Shown here in pieces: positions 56,018 through 64,000 of a stretch of DNA of 64,000 nucleotides. The first letter of the stretch is position 1, and every line of letters starts with the position of its first letter. The notes beneath the pieces were generated by a model. The model searched no databases, was not told the DNA's origin, and saw nothing but the letters and a program-made list of their open reading frames with translations. The position numbers and the translations under genes are program-made. This DNA is from Candidatus Poribacteria bacterium (GTDB lineage Bacteria; Poribacteria; WGA-4E; WGA-3G), in the NCBI GenBank assembly GCA_965207855.1, contig OZ242310.1:1656686-1720685 (forward strand), in the 5' to 3' direction.

Positions 56018-56581
56018 ATGGTTTTAATGATTGATAACTACGACTCCTTTACCTATAATCTCGTTCAGTATCTCGGCGAACTCGGTGCTGAACTGGAAAT
56101 TCATCGGAGTCGAAAGATAGGACTGGAGGCGTTAGACGCACTGCAGCCAGAACGAATTGTTATTTCACCGGGGCCTTGCACGCCGAAAGAGGCAGGCATA
56201 TCCAACGATGTCATAAAACACTTTGCTGGAAAGGTGCCGATTTTAGGGGTTTGTCTCGGACACCAATGCATCGGGGACGTGTTCGGTGGTGAGGTGGTGC
56301 GTGCGGATCGTTTGATGCACGGCAAAACGTCTATGATACTGCATAACGGTACTGAACTCTTTGAAGGGTTGGACAACCCGTTTGAAGCGACGCGCTACCA
56401 TTCGCTTATCGTCCGAAAAGAGACGCTACCGGATTGCTTTGAGATTACAGCGTGGACCGACCAAGACGAGATTATGGGACTTCGGCATAAAACTTTACCT
56501 ATTTGGGGTGTGCAGTTTCATCCGGAGTCGATTTTAACAGCTGCTGGAAAGAGTTTGTTACAGAACTTTTTGGTACTATAA
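56018..56581 (+). CDS. trpG: anthranilate synthase component II (glutamine amidotransferase)
   Basis: GVCLGHQ catalytic Cys and FHPES. 187 aa. Confidence 0.92.
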   Translation: MVLMIDNYDSFTYNLVQYLGELGAELEIHRSRKIGLEALDALQPERIVISPGPCTPKEAGISNDVIKHFAGKVPILGVCLGHQCIGDVFGGEVVRADRLMHGKTSMILHNGTELFEGLDNPFEATRYHSLIVRKETLPDCFEITAWTDQDEIMGLRHKTLPIWGVQFHPESILTAAGKSLLQNFLVL

Positions 56582-56596
56582 CACAGAGGTTTAATA

Positions 56597-57358
56597 ATGG
56601 CAAAACAGACGAACGAGACGACACCGGTTTTGGTGTCTTGGTCTTCTGGTAAAGATTCCGCGTGGGCACTTCATACGCTACGACAACAGCCGGAACGCTA
56701 TGACGTGCGCGGTATCTTTACTACTGTTACAAAGACATTTGACCGGGTGTCTATTCACTCTACACCGGCATGGGTGCTGAAACAGCAGTCTGAAAAACTT
56801 GGGGTGCCGTTGTACGAGATACCGATTCCCTATCCTTGTTCTAACGCGATCTACGAAGAGGCGATGCGGAAATTTCTTGCTGAGATGGAAGCGTTACCTG
56901 AACATTTGGGGGCATCGCATTTAGCATTTGGGGATCTGTTCCTTGAAGACATCCGTGAATATCGCGAGGATAAGCTCAGTGGAACGGGTTTCACACCGAT
57001 TTTTCCGGTGTGGGGTGAAGACACGACGGAGCTTGCCCAGAAGATGATTGGTTCTGGCTTGCGCGCCATTGTTACAGCACTTAATCCTACCAAAGTTCCG
57101 CCTGACTTCGCGGGACGATGGTTTGATGCTGACCTCCTCGCAGATATGCCTGATGGCGTAGATCCGCTCGGCGAAAACGGTGAATTCCATACCTGTGTTG
57201 TTGATGGACCGATGTTTAGTTCGCCTATTGCAGCGAAACCGGGTAGGGTCGTCCAGAGAGATATTGTTTCTACTAAAGACAGCGACGACAAAATTCACAC
57301 AAGAAGCAACACGTCACCGACCTATATCTATGCTGATGTCGTACCGTTGGATGCGTAA
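56597..57358 (+). CDS. PP-loop ATP pyrophosphatase, Dph6/MJ0570-related (DUF71)
   Basis: VSWSSGKDSAWAL PP-loop variant and ENGEFHTCVVDGPMF motif. Confidence 0.65.
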   Translation: MAKQTNETTPVLVSWSSGKDSAWALHTLRQQPERYDVRGIFTTVTKTFDRVSIHSTPAWVLKQQSEKLGVPLYEIPIPYPCSNAIYEEAMRKFLAEMEALPEHLGASHLAFGDLFLEDIREYREDKLSGTGFTPIFPVWGEDTTELAQKMIGSGLRAIVTALNPTKVPPDFAGRWFDADLLADMPDGVDPLGENGEFHTCVVDGPMFSSPIAAKPGRVVQRDIVSTKDSDDKIHTRSNTSPTYIYADVVPLDA

Positions 57359-57373
57359 TCTTTAGGCTGTCTC

Positions 57374-58021
57374 ATGAAAAAAAAGAAAGCGGTTGTATTA
57401 TGGACGGGTGGAAAAGATTCTGCCCTCGCCCTTCAAGTCTCCTTAAATCTTTACGATATAAGGAGGCTTGTCTGTTTTGTCCCAGCAGACAATCGGCAGT
57501 TCTACGCACATCCGACGCAACTCATGGAACTGCAGGCACGAAAAATCGGACTCCCAATTGAATTCATGTCGATCTCTGAACCTTATGCGTCGAGTTATCG
57601 TCAACAAATTGAGAAGATTAAAGACAGCGGAATTGAGGTGTTAATTACGGGAGATATTTCTACTGTAGGTGGGATGCCGAACTGGATTGACGGTGTTGCG
57701 GCTGGCGTGGCAGAGGTCTATAAGCCGCTATGGGAGTTGGACCGAGAGACGATATTGGATGAGTTAGTCTCTAAAAAATTTAAAGTCGTCTGCTCTCTGG
57801 CTTACAAAAAATATTTCCAATCTACGATCGCCGGAAGATATTTAGATGTGGAACTCATTTCAGAACTGAAGCAGTTACCGATTGACCCCTGCGGAGAACA
57901 AGGCGAATACCACACATGGGTGTTAGATGCGCCATTTTTTAAGGAATCTATCCGGTTGGAAGGCACACAGGTCGTTGAGGCGGTCGAATATTGCTATCTC
58001 ACTTACGAAAAGGCGATATGA
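57374..58021 (+). CDS. PP-loop ATP pyrophosphatase, Dph6/MJ0570-related (DUF71)
   Basis: VLWTGGKDSALAL PP-loop and EQGEYHTWVLDAPFF motif. Paralog of the preceding gene. Confidence 0.65.
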   Translation: MKKKKAVVLWTGGKDSALALQVSLNLYDIRRLVCFVPADNRQFYAHPTQLMELQARKIGLPIEFMSISEPYASSYRQQIEKIKDSGIEVLITGDISTVGGMPNWIDGVAAGVAEVYKPLWELDRETILDELVSKKFKVVCSLAYKKYFQSTIAGRYLDVELISELKQLPIDPCGEQGEYHTWVLDAPFFKESIRLEGTQVVEAVEYCYLTYEKAI

Positions 58022-58025
58022 AGCA

Positions 58026-58856
58026 TTAACGTTCCGATTTCAGCCACTTCTGCACCCGTCCGAGTTTGTCCGCGGGGATATGGGAGACATTCGCATCTGT
58101 AGGGAATGTGCCCTTTGTTACCTCTTCTCGATATCTGCAGATTGCTTCAAAAGTCAGGTGATTGTAATTCTGATAGCGTTTGGCGTGTTTGAAAGGGGGA
58201 CCTATTCCTAATATATCGTTGATGACAAGGACCTGTCCGTCACAGAACCGTCCTGCCCCGATACCAATAGTGGGAATGTTGAGGGTCTCGGTGATGATTT
58301 GGCTGACTTCTTCAGTGATTTTCTCAAGAACGATGAGTTTCGCGCCGGCCTCTGAGAGTGCCGATGCGGTTTCGATGAGGCGTTTCGCTTTTGAAAACGT
58401 TTTGCCGTGTGTCGTTGCTTTAGTCCCATGGATCTGTGGGTTATGTCCGATATGCGCGCAGGTCTCTATGCCGTGTTCGGTGAGAGCCTCAACAATTGGG
58501 ACCTTCTCTACACCGCCTTCTAATTTGACACCATCTGCGCCGTCGGATAAGAAGAGCTTCGCGTTAGCAACGGCTTGTTCCGCGTCTCGGTCAGCGGCGT
58601 AAGGCATATCGACAAGCAGGTAAGCGTCTGTCACACCACGGTGCACTGCTTTGAGGTGGTGGCGCATATCCGCCATCGTCACCTCCGTCTCGCTTTCATA
58701 ACCGAGGATGTTCGTACCGACGCTATCCCCGACAAAAACAATGTCGATCCCCGCCTCGTCTTGCAAACAAGCAGTTGGGTAATCGTAGCAGGTTAGCACA
58801 GTGATCGGTTGCTGCTCCCGTTTTTTGGTGTGTAAGTAAGCAATATCTTTCTTCAA
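58026..58856 (-). CDS. panB: 3-methyl-2-oxobutanoate hydroxymethyltransferase
   Basis: ITVLTCYDYPTA, VGDSVG and GADGVKLEGG motifs. Confidence 0.92.
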   Translation of the reverse strand: MKKDIAYLHTKKREQQPITVLTCYDYPTACLQDEAGIDIVFVGDSVGTNILGYESETEVTMADMRHHLKAVHRGVTDAYLLVDMPYAADRDAEQAVANAKLFLSDGADGVKLEGGVEKVPIVEALTEHGIETCAHIGHNPQIHGTKATTHGKTFSKAKRLIETASALSEAGAKLIVLEKITEEVSQIITETLNIPTIGIGAGRFCDGQVLVINDILGIGPPFKHAKRYQNYNHLTFEAICRYREEVTKGTFPTDANVSHIPADKLGRVQKWLKSER

Positions 58857-58875
58857 TTTTTTAACGATTATGTCT

Positions 58876-58904
58876 GGTCGGCGTTTCCGCTGTCAACGCC
58901 GATC
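58876..58904 (+). repeat. variant member of the hairpin family
   Basis: TCTGGTC GGCG tttccgctgtcaa CGCC GATC. It shares the TTTCC loop start and the CCGAT tail but lacks the GTAGG head. Confidence 0.3.
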
Positions 58905-58991
58905 TAAAATTGGTAAGAGGCTGGCTTTAGGGTATCAGAAGTTTCTTAACAATTGGAATACTGCAAGGACAACGTCCGCAGCAGCCCATAT

Positions 58992-59867
58992 CTAATAGTT
59001 TAAAATATCGGCTACAGTTTCCCCAATGACATCAAGGCTATCCGCCACAGCGATGCCAGCGTCTTTGAGTGCCCGAATTTTGTCTGCAGCCGTGCCTTGT
59101 CCACCAGAGATGATTGCCCCCGCATGCCCCATCCGTTTTCCCGGTGGCGCAGTTTGACCAGCGACGAAGCCAACTACTGGTTTTGTCATTTCGTTTTTCA
59201 CGAACAGTGCTGCCTTTTCCTCCGCCGTGCCGCCGATTTCGCCGATGAGAACAACGGCATCCGTGTCATCATCCGCTTCAAAAAGTTTAAGGACATCAAC
59301 GAAGTTCGTCCCAATGACTGGATCTCCGCCGATACCGACACAAGTAGACTGACCGATGCCGAGACATTTCAGTTGATAGGCGGCTTCGTAAGTGAGTGTT
59401 CCGCTACGCGAGACGATACCGATGTTCCCGGGAGTATAGGCGAACTCAGGCATCACACCGATTTTGCATTCGCCGGGTGTGATGATCCCGGGACAGTTCG
59501 GACCGATTAACCGTGTCGGTTTTCCGTGAAGGTACGCCTTCGCTCTCACCATATCAAGAACGGGGATATGTTCGGATATACAAACAATCAGTTCAACGCC
59601 AGCCTCAGCAGCCTCCATGATGGAATCCGCAGCGTTGAAGCGTGCCGGGACGAAAACCATTGATGTATCTGCTCCTGTTGCTGCAACGCCTTCTGCTACA
59701 GTGTCATATACCGGGATACCGTTCACATCCGACCCACCTCTACCGGGAACTGAACCGGCGACAATTTGGGTGCCGTAGGCTGCACACTGCTCGGTGTGAA
59801 AACGTCCAGAACGACCTGTAATGCCTTGCACAATCACTTTTGTGTTTTTATTAACGAGTATGCTCAT
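58992..59867 (-). CDS. sucD: succinate--CoA ligase subunit alpha
   Basis: Start moved to [18 protein letters not shown]. Phosphohistidine motif [11 protein letters not shown]. Confidence 0.93.
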   Translation of the reverse strand: MSILVNKNTKVIVQGITGRSGRFHTEQCAAYGTQIVAGSVPGRGGSDVNGIPVYDTVAEGVAATGADTSMVFVPARFNAADSIMEAAEAGVELIVCISEHIPVLDMVRAKAYLHGKPTRLIGPNCPGIITPGECKIGVMPEFAYTPGNIGIVSRSGTLTYEAAYQLKCLGIGQSTCVGIGGDPVIGTNFVDVLKLFEADDDTDAVVLIGEIGGTAEEKAALFVKNEMTKPVVGFVAGQTAPPGKRMGHAGAIISGGQGTAADKIRALKDAGIAVADSLDVIGETVADILNY

Positions 59868-59922
59868 ATTTTTTATCGTTATTGGTTGTTGAGTAAAGAA
59901 ATACTGATAACCGACAACCAGT

Positions 59923-61359
59923 CTAATAGGCGCGGGCGAAAATTGCGGCCTCCTCCGCAGGTTTACCACAAACAATACACGCACCATTTCCATCGGGTTG
60001 TTCTATTGGGATGCATCGGATCGTCGCTTGTGTTTCTTCCGTGACTTTGTCTTCACATGCTTCGTTGCCGCACCACCCTGCCCGGGCAAATCCCTCTTCG
60101 ACCGCCTCTTTGAATGCATCGTAGGTAGTGGGTTCGGAGGTATTCGCATCGCGAAATTCCGTTGCCCGTTTGAGCATATCTGCTTGAATTGTGTCGAGCA
60201 TCTGGATCACTGTTTCAGCGGCATCGGCAATCGGCACAAAAGTTTTACCTTCTTTGCCCGGAATATCGCGTCGCGCAAGAACAATCTGTTGGTTGCTCAA
60301 GTCACGGGGGCCTATCTCTATGCGGAGTGGAACGCCTTTAAGTTCCCATTCGTTGAACCGCCATCCCGGTGAGTACTCGTGTCTATCGTCAACGTGGTAA
60401 CGAACGCTGTCCAATGCCTTACAGATACCGTCAACGGCTTGCATGACTGACTGTTTGTCATCTTCTCTATTTTTCGGAACGATTGGTACGATGACGAGTT
60501 GTGTAGGAGCGAGTCTCGGCGGAAGGACTAACCCTTGATCATCGCCGTGTGTCATTATAATTGCACCGATCATTCGGGTGCTAACCCCCCAACTCGTTGT
60601 CCAGCAGTACTGTTGTTTCTGGTTCGCATCAAGGTATTGGATATCGAAGGCTTTCGCGAAATTCTGTCCGAGATCGTGGGATGTGCCTGCCTGTAGGGCG
60701 CGTTTATCACCCATCATCGCCTCAATCGTGTAGGAGGTTAAGGCACCGGGAAACTTTTCGCTTTCGCTCTTGCGACCGGGTATCACAGGTATTGCGGCTT
60801 CGTTGACGGCGAAATCGGTGTAGAGATCAAGGATGCGGAGGGTCTCTTCTTCTGCTTCTTCATGCGTCGCATGGGCAGTATGGCCTTCTTGCCAAAAGAA
60901 TTCCATGGTTCTTATGAAAAGACGAGTCCTCAACTCCCATCGGACGACGTTTGCCCATTGATTGATAAGCACCGGCAAATCGCGGTAAGACTGGATCCAC
61001 TGGCTATACATATAGCCGATGATGGTTTCAGAAGTTGGACGGATTACGAGCGGTTCTTCCAGTTTTTTCCCACCGCCGTGGGTGACAACAGCAAGTTCCG
61101 GTTTGAAACCTTCAACGTGTTCTGCTTCTTTCTCAATGAAACTCATCGGAATGAAGAGTGGGAACGCAGCGTTTTGGTGTCCTGTTTCCTTGAAACGGGT
61201 ATCCAGTTGTTCTTTGACGTTCTCCCAGAGCGCGTAGCCGTAAGGACGCACGACCATACAGCCGCGTACAGGCGCGTAATCTGCCATTTCCGCTTGACGG
61301 ATAACTTGTGTATACCATTTTGCGTAGTCTTCACTACGGGGAACTATTTTATCAAACAT
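59923..61359 (-). CDS. proS: proline--tRNA ligase (archaeal/eukaryote-like type with C-terminal zinc domain)
   Basis: Appears collinear with the Thermus-type ProRS as recalled ([30 protein letters not shown], ends FARAY). Start set at Met12 (61359); the GTG at 61392 is an alternative. Confidence 0.9.
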   Translation of the reverse strand: MFDKIVPRSEDYAKWYTQVIRQAEMADYAPVRGCMVVRPYGYALWENVKEQLDTRFKETGHQNAAFPLFIPMSFIEKEAEHVEGFKPELAVVTHGGGKKLEEPLVIRPTSETIIGYMYSQWIQSYRDLPVLINQWANVVRWELRTRLFIRTMEFFWQEGHTAHATHEEAEEETLRILDLYTDFAVNEAAIPVIPGRKSESEKFPGALTSYTIEAMMGDKRALQAGTSHDLGQNFAKAFDIQYLDANQKQQYCWTTSWGVSTRMIGAIIMTHGDDQGLVLPPRLAPTQLVIVPIVPKNREDDKQSVMQAVDGICKALDSVRYHVDDRHEYSPGWRFNEWELKGVPLRIEIGPRDLSNQQIVLARRDIPGKEGKTFVPIADAAETVIQMLDTIQADMLKRATEFRDANTSEPTTYDAFKEAVEEGFARAGWCGNEACEDKVTEETQATIRCIPIEQPDGNGACIVCGKPAEEAAIFARAY

Positions 61360-61365
61360 ATTTTT

Positions 61366-61525
61366 AACTATTAAATCTGGGCACCGTTCCACTTCGTTTC
61401 ACGGTGGTTTCCAATTAATTCCAGCAGGATCTGGATTATATTAATAATTTCCAACGACAAAGTATTTAATGACTTAACTAAAAACCGCAAGCGACAACGG
61501 AGCGCAGCGCCCAGATTTAATAGTT
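61366..61525. repeat. perfect 17-bp inverted repeat bracketing the pgk-proS spacer
   Basis: AACTATTAAATCTGGGC (61366-61382) and GCCCAGATTTAATAGTT (61509-61525), separated by 126 nt. Confidence 0.65.
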
Positions 61526-62715
61526 TAAAAGTCCGTTAGAGCAACGATGCCGGGTAAAGGTTTTCCTTCTAAAAATTCTAAGGACGCACCACCGCCTGTT
61601 GAGATGTGATTCATGCGATCTCCAACACCGGCTTGCTGTATCGCTGCGACGCAGTCACCGCCGCCGATAATACTCACTGCTTCCGAATCGGCAATCTGTT
61701 TCGCTACCGCAATTGTCCCCTGCGCGAACTTCTCGAATTCATAAACACCTAAGGGACCGTTCCATACGACTGTTTTCGCTGCTGCAATTTGTTCACCGAA
61801 TGCAGAGACCGTTTCGGGACCGATGTCTAACCCTTGCCAGCCGTTGGGGATGTCCTGTTTGTCAATAGTCTTGGATGCGGTTTCAGGGTCAAAGTTTTTT
61901 CCTACAACGTGATCTACCGGTAGTGAAACAGATTCTGAGAATGTTTCCCTTTCAACCAATGATTTTGCGACATCAAGTTTTTCAGTTTCAACAATTGAAT
62001 TGCCGATACCGAGTCCCATCGCCGATAGGAATGTGTATGCCATACCGCCGCCGATCAGCAGTTTATCAACTTTCCCAAGGAGATTCTCAATCAGTGTGAT
62101 TTTATCCGATATTTTTGCACCACCAAGAATAGCAACATAAGGACGTTTTGGATTTTCAAGGGTTGTGCTGAGGTAATAGATTTCGCGAGCCATTAAAAGA
62201 CCCGCGGCGCACGGGTTCAGATAATGTGTCACGCCTTCCGTTGAGGCATGGGCGCGGTGCGCAGTGCCGAAAGCATCGTTGACGTAGACATCCGCCAGCG
62301 AACCGAGTGCCGCTGCAAATTTTGGATCGTTTTGGGTTTCTTCAGCATAGAAACGGACGTTTTCAAGAAGGAGTACCTCACCATCGCGCATTGAAGCGAC
62401 AGCACTCTGGACGGATTCACCGATACAATCGTTAACATGCGCGACGCGTCTGCCGAGTTTCTGACTGAGCGCGATGGCGATCGGTTGGGTCGTGAACGTC
62501 TTTCGGTCAGCAACCGAACCCGGTTCAGGTCTGCCTAAGTGTGTTATTAAAATGATTTTCGCATCGGCGTTGATGAGGGCAAGGAGGGTTGGCAGCGCAG
62601 CGGTGATACGGGTTTCATCCGTGATCTTGCCGTCCTTCATTGGAACATTGAAGTCCACCCGTACGAGAACGTGTTTCCCTGTAACGTCTATGTCCTTTAA
62701 TTCAAGTTTGGCCAC
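61525..62715 (-). CDS. pgk: phosphoglycerate kinase
   Basis: Start moved to GTG 62715 (VAKLELKDIDVTGKHVLVRVDFNVP), with AGGAG 9 nt upstream. Canonical N-terminal and GGGD/GGGAS motifs. Confidence 0.92.
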   Translation of the reverse strand: MAKLELKDIDVTGKHVLVRVDFNVPMKDGKITDETRITAALPTLLALINADAKIILITHLGRPEPGSVADRKTFTTQPIAIALSQKLGRRVAHVNDCIGESVQSAVASMRDGEVLLLENVRFYAEETQNDPKFAAALGSLADVYVNDAFGTAHRAHASTEGVTHYLNPCAAGLLMAREIYYLSTTLENPKRPYVAILGGAKISDKITLIENLLGKVDKLLIGGGMAYTFLSAMGLGIGNSIVETEKLDVAKSLVERETFSESVSLPVDHVVGKNFDPETASKTIDKQDIPNGWQGLDIGPETVSAFGEQIAAAKTVVWNGPLGVYEFEKFAQGTIAVAKQIADSEAVSIIGGGDCVAAIQQAGVGDRMNHISTGGGASLEFLEGKPLPGIVALTDF

Positions 62716-62773
62716 GTGTTTAATGCTCCTGAAGCCTAAATTTTCTATGTAGGGATATCCGTTGTGGGTATCC

Positions 62774-62802
62774 AATTGGGCAGGCACAAGACCTGCCCCT
62801 AC
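62774..62802 (-). repeat. GTAGG-headed hairpin (REP-like family), minus orientation
   Basis: The minus strand reads GTAGG GGCAGG tcttgtg CCTGCC CAAT, just downstream of the sucC stop. Confidence 0.45.
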
Positions 62803-62821
62803 AACGATGAAGGGTCAATCT

Positions 62822-64000
62822 TTATGCGGGATTCGCCGCTGCTACTGCGAGTTCTGCCGCCTCAGAAAGTCCATCTGCGAGTTGAACGTTCAAGTCCGAT
62901 TCGGCGATGATCTGTTTTCCAAGTTCCACATTTGTTCCTTCCAGCCGAATCACGAGTGGAACATTGAGTTCGACCTGTTTCGCTGCGTCAACGATACCGT
63001 TCGCGATTGTGTCGCATTTCATGATGCCGCCGAAGATGTTGACAAGAACGGCTTTCACACTTTTATCTGCGAGGATGAGCCGGAAAGCGTGGGCGACTGC
63101 TTCTACAGATGCCCCCCCGCCGACATCAAGAAAGTTTGCCGGTTCGCCGCCGTTTTGTTTAATGATGTCCATCGTCGCCATAGCCAGTCCCGCACCGTTT
63201 ACCATACACCCGATGTCGCCGTCAAGACGAATATAGCTCAAACCCGATTCACTTGCCTCTAATTCGCTTGGGTCTTCTTCGTGTGGATCACGCATCGCAG
63301 TTATATCGGGGTGCCGCCAAAGTGAGTTGTCATCAAGATTGACCTTTGAATCGAGGGCAACGATATCTAATTCCTCATCTGTTGTTACAATTGTCAATGG
63401 ATTAATCTCTACGAGTGAGCAATCACAAGCCGTGAAGGCATTATAAAGTGAAATAATCAATTCAACGGCTTTCGGAATAATGGAACGGTATGCTGGATCC
63501 GTGATTAATTTGTATGCGAACTCACGTGCCTGAAACTCGGTTAATCCGAAGGCAGGATGCACTTGTGCCCTAATAATCTTTTCAGGTGTTTCTGCCGCAA
63601 CCTCCTCAATATTGACACCGCCCTCTTCACTACCGATTAAAGTAATGTGTGAGGTTTCCCGATCCAGAAGTATAGCGAGATAGAATTCTTTTTCTATCTC
63701 TGCGGCTTCGGCAATCAGCACTTTTCGGACGAGTTTGCCTTCGGGACCTGTTTGGGGTGTTACGAGTTGCATGCCGAGAATCGTTTCGGCATGTTCTTTT
63801 ACTTCAGCCGGTGAATTGGCGAGTTTCACACCCCCACCTTTTCCGCGGCCGCCAGCGTGAATTTGTGCTTTGATAACGTACGTCGGACAATTGAGTTCTT
63901 GCGCGATGGCTTCCGCTTCCTCTGGTGTTTCAGCGACCTTGCCGGGGAGCATGTTGACACCGTAGGATTCTAAGAGTTGTCTGGCTTGATATTCGTGAAT
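62822..64000 (-). CDS. sucC: succinate--CoA ligase subunit beta (5' end beyond window)
   Basis: The reading frame stays open to nt 64000 (..[21 protein letters not shown]). ATP-grasp motif [10 protein letters not shown]. Only the first codon or two are missing. Confidence 0.92.
   Translation of the reverse strand: MHEYQARQLLESYGVNMLPGKVAETPEEAEAIAQELNCPTYVIKAQIHAGGRGKGGGVKLANSPAEVKEHAETILGMQLVTPQTGPEGKLVRKVLIAEAAEIEKEFYLAILLDRETSHITLIGSEEGGVNIEEVAAETPEKIIRAQVHPAFGLTEFQAREFAYKLITDPAYRSIIPKAVELIISLYNAFTACDCSLVEINPLTIVTTDEELDIVALDSKVNLDDNSLWRHPDITAMRDPHEEDPSELEASESGLSYIRLDGDIGCMVNGAGLAMATMDIIKQNGGEPANFLDVGGGASVEAVAHAFRLILADKSVKAVLVNIFGGIMKCDTIANGIVDAAKQVELNVPLVIRLEGTNVELGKQIIAESDLNVQLADGLSEAAELAVAAANPA

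Overview
This 64 kb window looks like chromosomal DNA from an uncultivated-type bacterium with moderate GC. All calls rest on reading motifs in the supplied ORF translations and in the DNA. No homology search or folding was run.

Gene content:
- Housekeeping genes dominate: asd, mtnK, an aspartate aminotransferase, tig-clpP-clpX-lon, pdxA, purE, hisI-trpE-trpG, panB, sucD, proS, pgk, sucC (5' end runs off the window), hup, and six tRNAs.
- Sugar-acid and sugar genes are present: a galactonate-dehydratase-like enolase, a YjhG/YagF-type xylonate dehydratase, ugd and a GHMP kinase.
- Secreted or surface proteins are conspicuous: a 2122-aa peptidase-C25 protein with a Por/FlgD-type C-terminal domain, two LamG paralogs, a sulfatase, a CotH-ankyrin fusion, and beta-propellers including one with a dockerin.
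- Roughly 41.9-53.2 kb reads as an accessory patch holding Uma2, CotH-ANK, LamG, a decayed partition-like cassette, an AlbA_2/Schlafen-type ATPase and a three-gene surface operon.

Observations most worth a second look:
1. An unannotated 33-codon leader ORF with the codon run N-H-W-H-W-W, followed by an intrinsic terminator, lies in front of hisI-trpEG. This is a candidate dual His/Trp attenuator.
2. A family of GTAGG-headed hairpins resembles REP elements. Stems vary with compensatory changes, and one copy is nested inside another.
3. Heptanucleotide tandem repeats and long terminal-inverted-repeat spacers fill intercistronic gaps (tig/clpP/clpX/lon, purE region, pgk/proS). They even extend into coding sequence in pdxA and the vanZ-like gene.
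4. ClpX carries two tandem N-terminal zinc-binding domains.
5. A secreted CotH-kinase/ankyrin fusion is present.
6. An 8-bp iteron array sits in front of an ORF that looks like a ParA N-terminal remnant joined to a ribbon-helix-helix domain.

I did not find a CRISPR array, a transposase, an integrase or an rRNA gene.
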